A program made the translations under genes and the position numbers. From positions 704,001 to 768,000 of the forward strand of contig CAVYRH010000004.1 of assembly GCA_963770835.1 (NCBI GenBank): a stretch of DNA of 64,000 bases. The letters run 5' to 3'. The notes under the pieces are model-generated. The model did no database searches, was not told where the DNA came from, and saw nothing but the letters and a program-made list of their open reading frames with translations. This DNA comes from an uncultured Pseudomonadota bacterium. GTDB lineage: Bacteria > Oederibacteriota > Muellerivitia > Muellerivitales > Muellerivitaceae. Positions 59,132-64,000 of this stretch are shown in pieces. Each line of letters opens with the position of its first letter. Positions within the stretch are counted from its first letter, which is position 1.

Positions 59132-59845
59132 GTGAGCAATATGCCGGAACTTCAGGAATTCGCTAAAAACTTGTGGATCGTCGACGGCCCGGATGTCCGT
59201 GATATGGGGATCTTGTTTACGACCCGAATGACCATCGTAAAACTCTCAAGTGGTTCCATATGGGTGGATTCCCCTGTATCCGTGCCTGTCGATACGCTTA
59301 AACACATCACTGGATTGGGACCCATTCAATACCTTGTCGCGGACACTCCACGGCACGTTTGGCGGCTGGAAGGGTGGCACAAGTTATTTCCCGACGCCCA
59401 ACTGTGGGCGCCAAAACCTAGCCCATTCACGTTGAAAAAGGGAAACCTGCCATTCACGGGCATTCTTGGAGACGTGCCGCCCCAAGGCTGGGCGGATGAC
59501 TTCGACCAACTTGCCTTCAAAGGCAACCCCCTCATCGAGGAAGTCTTTTTCTTTCACAAGGCGTCCCGGACGGTCATCCTGGATGATTTAATCCAAATTC
59601 ATCCGATTGTGAATGGGAAGCCCCTCCACAATCTCCTTTTTAAACTTGTTGGGGCCGCCGCTCCCTATGGCGGCGTTGGGCTCGACCTAAGGCTCTCATT
59701 CATCAACCGAAAGCTCGCGCGGCAATCGCTTGAAAAAATGCTTTCGTGGGACTTTGACAAGCTGGTCATCGCCCATGGGAATTGCGTTGAGAAAGACGCG
59801 AAGCTGTTTGTGGAAAGGGCTTTCCGGTGGCTTGGTCAGCGATAA
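59132..59845 (+). CDS. DUF4336-like metallo-hydrolase-fold protein
   Basis: RMTIVKL..WVDSP, EVFFFHKASRT, WDFDKLVIAHG. Confidence 0.75.
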   Translation: MSNMPELQEFAKNLWIVDGPDVRDMGILFTTRMTIVKLSSGSIWVDSPVSVPVDTLKHITGLGPIQYLVADTPRHVWRLEGWHKLFPDAQLWAPKPSPFTLKKGNLPFTGILGDVPPQGWADDFDQLAFKGNPLIEEVFFFHKASRTVILDDLIQIHPIVNGKPLHNLLFKLVGAAAPYGGVGLDLRLSFINRKLARQSLEKMLSWDFDKLVIAHGNCVEKDAKLFVERAFRWLGQR

Positions 59846-59932
59846 ATTGTCCACATTCGAAATAATTTAAAGAGATTGTGGGATAAAACGGATCAACCAA
59901 TCGAAATGATGTTGTCGATTCACCACAAACTT

Positions 59933-60736
59933 TTATTTTCCGGTAACCGGGTAAATCCAACGAACACCCAGGATTTTTTGCGTGGTCTGATCCTGCGCGA
60001 AAACCGCGACGCCCAGGTGATCCTTTATCCAGAAAGATTCCAGGTGTATCACGGCCCGGCCGGGATAAGAACCCGCTTTTTCAGGCGCTTCTATTTCGCT
60101 CAAATCCCTGACCACAAAATTTTCCGTCAAGTTCCTACCCTTGTTTTCCCCGCTGAGGACATTGGTGGACAAACCGTTTTCAAAAACCACCGCGTAAAGT
60201 TTCGGGGAAGGGCCGGGGCCGGCGGCCTTGGAAAAAGAAGCGGTGGTTTTCACGGCCAAGCCATCCGGGGTGAGACGGCAGCCAAGGCTGAGGCGCGCCG
60301 ATGGGCCGGTGGAAACGGCCATTTCCTTTTGGGCCCGGGAAAGGTCCGAACCCACGAACCCCACCCGTCCACCCACCACCATCTCCGGGGTATAGAGGGA
60401 GGAATCACCCAAGGCGCTGGCGTAATCGCGCTGGCGGGCAGTAAAAAGGGGGGAGGAGAAAGGGTCTTTCCATCCGATGTTGTCCCAATAGTCCACGTGA
60501 AAGGCCAGGGGCAGGGCCTTGCCCGCCTTGAAAAGATCCATGCCCCAAGTGTTCAACACCTCTTCGGCCGGGGGGCAGCTGGAACATCCCTGGGAGGTGA
60601 AAAGCTCAATCAGCGAGGGACCATCCTGGGCCGGGGCCTGGGACCAAGCGGGCTTCACCCCGGTTCCGGCAAAGGCCAGGAGCATTGTGACGGCCCAATT
60701 CACCCGTGTTGGAAAGGGGTTTAATTTCCTATTCAT
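59933..60736 (-). CDS. DUF1223 thioredoxin-like secreted protein
   Basis: ELFTSQGCSSCPPA, HVDYWD, YTPE. Confidence 0.88.
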   Translation of the reverse strand: MNRKLNPFPTRVNWAVTMLLAFAGTGVKPAWSQAPAQDGPSLIELFTSQGCSSCPPAEEVLNTWGMDLFKAGKALPLAFHVDYWDNIGWKDPFSSPLFTARQRDYASALGDSSLYTPEMVVGGRVGFVGSDLSRAQKEMAVSTGPSARLSLGCRLTPDGLAVKTTASFSKAAGPGPSPKLYAVVFENGLSTNVLSGENKGRNLTENFVVRDLSEIEAPEKAGSYPGRAVIHLESFWIKDHLGVAVFAQDQTTQKILGVRWIYPVTGK

Positions 60737-60802
60737 CGGCCATTCCTCGTTTTAAGGCGGGTTCATTGATCCCCGAACAGAGTGAACCGAATAAGGCGCG
60801 GG

Positions 60803-61513
60803 TCAAAAGGTTCCTCCCTCTAAATTGGTGCCAATCCAGAAGTCCATGTGGGCGACCCCGGCGTCTTTCGCCGCCTTAGATGCCATGAATTCCCGCGCCT
60901 GGTTCATGTCCGGTAACTCATAAGCTGCGATCACCACCCCAGGGCTGCCGCCACGGTATAGGCCGTAAGGGGCGTTTTTTGCCCGGCTTCCTGGAAGGCC
61001 CCGGTTCCCGGCTTGTCCGGCCTCCCAAGACTTTTTCCATAAACCGTAATTTTTTACTTCATAGCGGGCTACCACCAGGCCGCCCGGCTTTTGGGCGAAG
61101 TTTTGGCCGGAATGTCCATCTTCCTCCGTGCCGGCCCACATTAGCGGCAAGTCCTTGCCCGCGCCCACGCAGGCCGTGATGAAGTTGGAGGTTTGGATGA
61201 ATTCCGCCGCCTTCCTCAGGTCGGCGCACCTAAAGGTGAGGATGTAAGTTCCCGGGTCCCGCCAGTCGCGGTGGAAACTATAGGCCAGGAATCCCCGGCC
61301 CTTGAGGCCGTTTTCCGGGCGGAAGAAGCCTTTCTTAAAGTCGCCCAGGTCGCAGATTTGCTGGCGGATGAATAGGACGCCCGGGGCGTCCGGGTAGGGG
61401 TTTTGAAAACGGCAGGCCGGGGCGGCCAGGGCCAGGCAAAGGAGCCAGGGCCAAAAGCAAAATTTTTCCAGGGCCCCCCAAGCGCCCTTCCTAAACTTTT
61501 TTCGTGTTTCCAT
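60803..61513 (-). CDS. Hypothetical lipoprotein-like protein
   Basis: ORF in operon with upstream genes; APAC after a hydrophobic stretch. Confidence 0.55.
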   Translation of the reverse strand: METRKKFRKGAWGALEKFCFWPWLLCLALAAPACRFQNPYPDAPGVLFIRQQICDLGDFKKGFFRPENGLKGRGFLAYSFHRDWRDPGTYILTFRCADLRKAAEFIQTSNFITACVGAGKDLPLMWAGTEEDGHSGQNFAQKPGGLVVARYEVKNYGLWKKSWEAGQAGNRGLPGSRAKNAPYGLYRGGSPGVVIAAYELPDMNQAREFMASKAAKDAGVAHMDFWIGTNLEGGTF

Positions 61514-61847
61514 AATCCGTCAAGGACCAGACGATGAAGATGACGGCACCGTTCACGACGTAAAAATATTGGGCCGCCGGTTCGGAGCCGAACCCCAGGA
61601 TAAAGGGCAGGGCCACCAAGACGGGCCCCACAACCAGCTCGATGATCCCGTGCCATTTCAAGGGAACTATTTTCAGGACGCCCAGGGGAAAATCGGTCAA
61701 GAGGGTGAGGAGAAGGTGAATCCCCGCCAGGGAATAGGAAATGACGGCGGGCAGCATTGACAGGTGTAGGAGGGCGGGAGCGGCCAGGAAAACCAAAACC
61801 ACCACGTAGTCCAAATATCCGTGAACCTTTGGGCTGATCAATTTCAT
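61491..61847 (-). CDS. Small membrane protein (SPW-repeat-like)
   Basis: HGYLDY, LTDFPLG, HGIIE, LTDY. Confidence 0.75.
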   Translation of the reverse strand: MKLISPKVHGYLDYVVVLVFLAAPALLHLSMLPAVISYSLAGIHLLLTLLTDFPLGVLKIVPLKWHGIIELVVGPVLVALPFILGFGSEPAAQYFYVVNGAVIFIVWSLTDYGNTKKV

Positions 61848-62491
61848 TTCAAGGCCTCCTTTGCCGCCTTCATTAATTCGTCCGGGTTGACCCTGACCTT
61901 GATGTCGGGGTTGTAATAAACGAAATGGATAAGGCCCCTGGTATCCACCACGAAGGCCGCGGGGACCGGCAATTCGTGGAGGGAATTCCCGGTGGACTTC
62001 TCAAGGTCGACGCCGAAGCCCTTCATTTTTTCCAAGGTCCCGGGGTCCAAGCGGTAGGCCAAGCCGAATTGGCGGGTCAAGCCCATGGTGCGGTCGGAAA
62101 GCAGGGTGTAGTTGATCCCGTGTTTGTCCAAACTTTCGCGCAGGCTTTCGGGCTTGTCCGGCGTAATGGCCAATAATTGGTAACCCATCTTCATTAAATC
62201 CGGCTCGATCCTCACCAGTTGGCCCATTTGCAGGTTGCAGTAGGGGCACCATCCCCCACGGTAAAAAATAAGGATGGAGGGTTTTTGGGAAACAAGGGCC
62301 CTCAGTTCCACCTTTTTCCCCTCAAGGGTCGTCAGTTCGCCGTTGGGGATGATTTGTCCTATCACCAGGGGCTGAACGTCTTTTGGACTGTCGTAAACCG
62401 GCTTGCCCATCGAATCAGCTACCGTTGTTTCAACCATGCCAAGACCTCCTAGGAAAAGTACTGTCAAAAAAAACGTCCTATAGCTCAACAC
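61844..62491 (-). CDS. Peroxiredoxin-like AhpC/TSA family protein
   Basis: FYRGGWCPYCN, LPVPA. Confidence 0.88.
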   Translation of the reverse strand: MLSYRTFFLTVLFLGGLGMVETTVADSMGKPVYDSPKDVQPLVIGQIIPNGELTTLEGKKVELRALVSQKPSILIFYRGGWCPYCNLQMGQLVRIEPDLMKMGYQLLAITPDKPESLRESLDKHGINYTLLSDRTMGLTRQFGLAYRLDPGTLEKMKGFGVDLEKSTGNSLHELPVPAAFVVDTRGLIHFVYYNPDIKVRVNPDELMKAAKEALK

Positions 62492-62962
62492 TTGCCACCT
62501 CCGTGATTTGGCTTTTTAAGCCCCCGTAGTTGAATATAGATTCCAGCAGGGTTAAATACGATTTACGATTTTAAAGAGTTACTTCGATGTTATTTTCCCG
62601 GATATTTTAAGGTTTTTCTAGATGTCCACGACGGGCCCCTGAACCGAGGCAACAAGCCGAGGTTCGAGCTTTGGGTGTGCCGGTTCAAAACAGGAATTGG
62701 CCCCCGTCGTGGATAAGGCAACTGCGCGGCATCTTTGGGCTTGAAATGAAACCATTAACAGGGTGCTGAAAAGTGTTTTTTTCACCCTGTCAACAGCCAC
62801 GGGTTTGGAGCGAATCGCATTTAACCCCTTATTTTTTAAGGGGTGATTCGCGACACAAATAGGAAAAAGGTTGTTCCCTGGACTTTTTCAACATCCTGTT
62901 AAAGCTTCTTTTCGACCCTACTCCTTGCCTAACCAGCCAAACCAAAAGATTTAAAAAAGGTC

Positions 62963-63008
62963 TTGACTATCTACCTTGAGGTAGGTATTATCTACCCGTA
63001 GATAGATA
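62963..63008 (+). promoter_or_regulatory. Sigma70 promoter overlapped by two TetR-type operators
   Basis: TTGACT-N17-TATTAT; boxes TATCTACCTTGAGGTAGGTA and TATCTACCCGTAGATAGATA. Confidence 0.7.
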
Positions 63009-63025
63009 AACGAACGAGGTTCCCT

Positions 63026-63616
63026 ATGGGCCGCCCAACATTAGCCAACCGAAAAGACACCCCCGCTGAACTGAAAAAAGTGGCCCTGGAATTGATCCAG
63101 ACCAGGGGTTACAACGCCTTCAGTTACCAGGACCTGGCGGAGAGGCTGAAGATCCGCAAGGCCAGCATCCACTACCACTTTCCCGCCAAGGAAGACCTGG
63201 GGGTGGGCCTGCTCACGGACAGTTTGAAGCGCGTCAGCGGCTGGCAGGATTCCATCAATGAAAGGGGCTTGACCCCCTTGGAGCGGATACAGGCTTATTT
63301 CGATTACTTCAAAAGCATCTCGGAGAACTGCACGCGCATCTGTCCCATTGGGGCTTTGATTTCCGAATGGTCCACTTTGCCGAAAAAGGTCCGGGCCACG
63401 GCCGGCGCCGTCATCAAGCGCCACCAGGATTGGCTGAGGGGGGTCCTGGAACAAGGCCGTAAGGAAGGCGTCTTCGCCGCCCGGGGGCCCGTGGGGGAAC
63501 AGGCCCAGTTTATTTACGCCTCCATCCAGGGGGCCTTGCAGACCAGCCGGGCCCAGAACAACCCGGACTATTACCCCCAGGTCACCCGGCAGATATTGGA
63601 AGCTTTAAAGAAGTAA
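63026..63616 (+). CDS. TetR/AcrR family regulator
   Basis: GYNAFSYQDLA..IRKASIHYHFPAKEDL. Confidence 0.93.
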   Translation: MGRPTLANRKDTPAELKKVALELIQTRGYNAFSYQDLAERLKIRKASIHYHFPAKEDLGVGLLTDSLKRVSGWQDSINERGLTPLERIQAYFDYFKSISENCTRICPIGALISEWSTLPKKVRATAGAVIKRHQDWLRGVLEQGRKEGVFAARGPVGEQAQFIYASIQGALQTSRAQNNPDYYPQVTRQILEALKK

Positions 63617-63653
63617 GTTGGGTTTTTGAGTATCTGATTTGATTTTCTTAAAC

Positions 63654-63742
63654 CCTCGCCCCTTGGGGGAGAGGGTAGGGTGAGGGGTGTTGTAGCCGTC
63701 AAAACCACCCTCATCCCGGCCTCTCCCCTCAAGGGAGAAGGT
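63654..63742. repeat. REP-like CCCTCnCCC/GGGAGAGGG doublet
   Basis: ccctcgcccc-tt-gggggagagggtagggtgaggg ... ccctcatcccggcctctcccctcaagggagaagg. Confidence 0.65.
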
Positions 63743-63802
63743 GGAAACAGAAGGTTGGTTTTCGGGAAGCGGAAGCCAAGTGCTCCGTTCCCAATTTTTT
63801 TA

Positions 63803-63836
63803 CCCTCAATACCTACCTATAGATAGGTATTGAGGG
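63803..63836. promoter_or_regulatory. Third TetR-type operator in a long palindrome
   Basis: CCCTCAATACCTACCTATAGATAGGTATTGAGGG. Confidence 0.7.
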
Positions 63837-63899
63837 ACGGGGCCCGGCGCACAGGGAAGAACAAAAACTTAATTTTTAGCGGATTACCAGGAGGAAGCC

Positions 63900-64000
63900 A
63901 TGAACAGCGAGTACCGCATCCAATCCCTCATCGAACTGGAAAGGCCGGCCGGCCACCCGGTTCCGGAGGAGATCAAAAGGCTGGCCCATCTCAACGACAA
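63900..64000 (+). CDS. N-terminus of a gene truncated by the window edge
   Basis: AGGAGG RBS, MNSEYRIQSLIELER...; open to the end. Confidence 0.6.
   Translation, partial: MNSEYRIQSLIELERPAGHPVPEEIKRLAHLND

Overview
Chromosomal window from a diderm bacterium (LpxL-type acyltransferase, TonB receptor, OmpA, Skp). Core genes: uppP, ffs-dnaX-ybaB-recR, tadA, four tRNAs, metH, deoC, kdpDE, a ClC channel and a pqqABC(DE) cluster with an uncalled pqqA and a PqqD-PqqE fusion. The main finding is an accretion hotspot at 20.2-29.6 kb. metH is followed by four unrelated cargo units, and each ends in a diverged copy of the last 50-120 nt of metH (a displaced 'tail'). The convergent yfiT-like gene shows the same gene-cargo-tail pattern on the minus strand. 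No site-specific recombinase is visible in the window. This suggests cassettes are added by replacing the 3' end of a gene. Other points: an IS5-family element disrupting a gene, twin perfect palindromes before an HTH gene, two serine-hydrolase homologues lacking catalytic residues, a large PQQ-propeller-like protein with a T9SS-like tail, and several REP-like and heptamer repeat families. All product calls come from motif recognition by eye; no searches were run.
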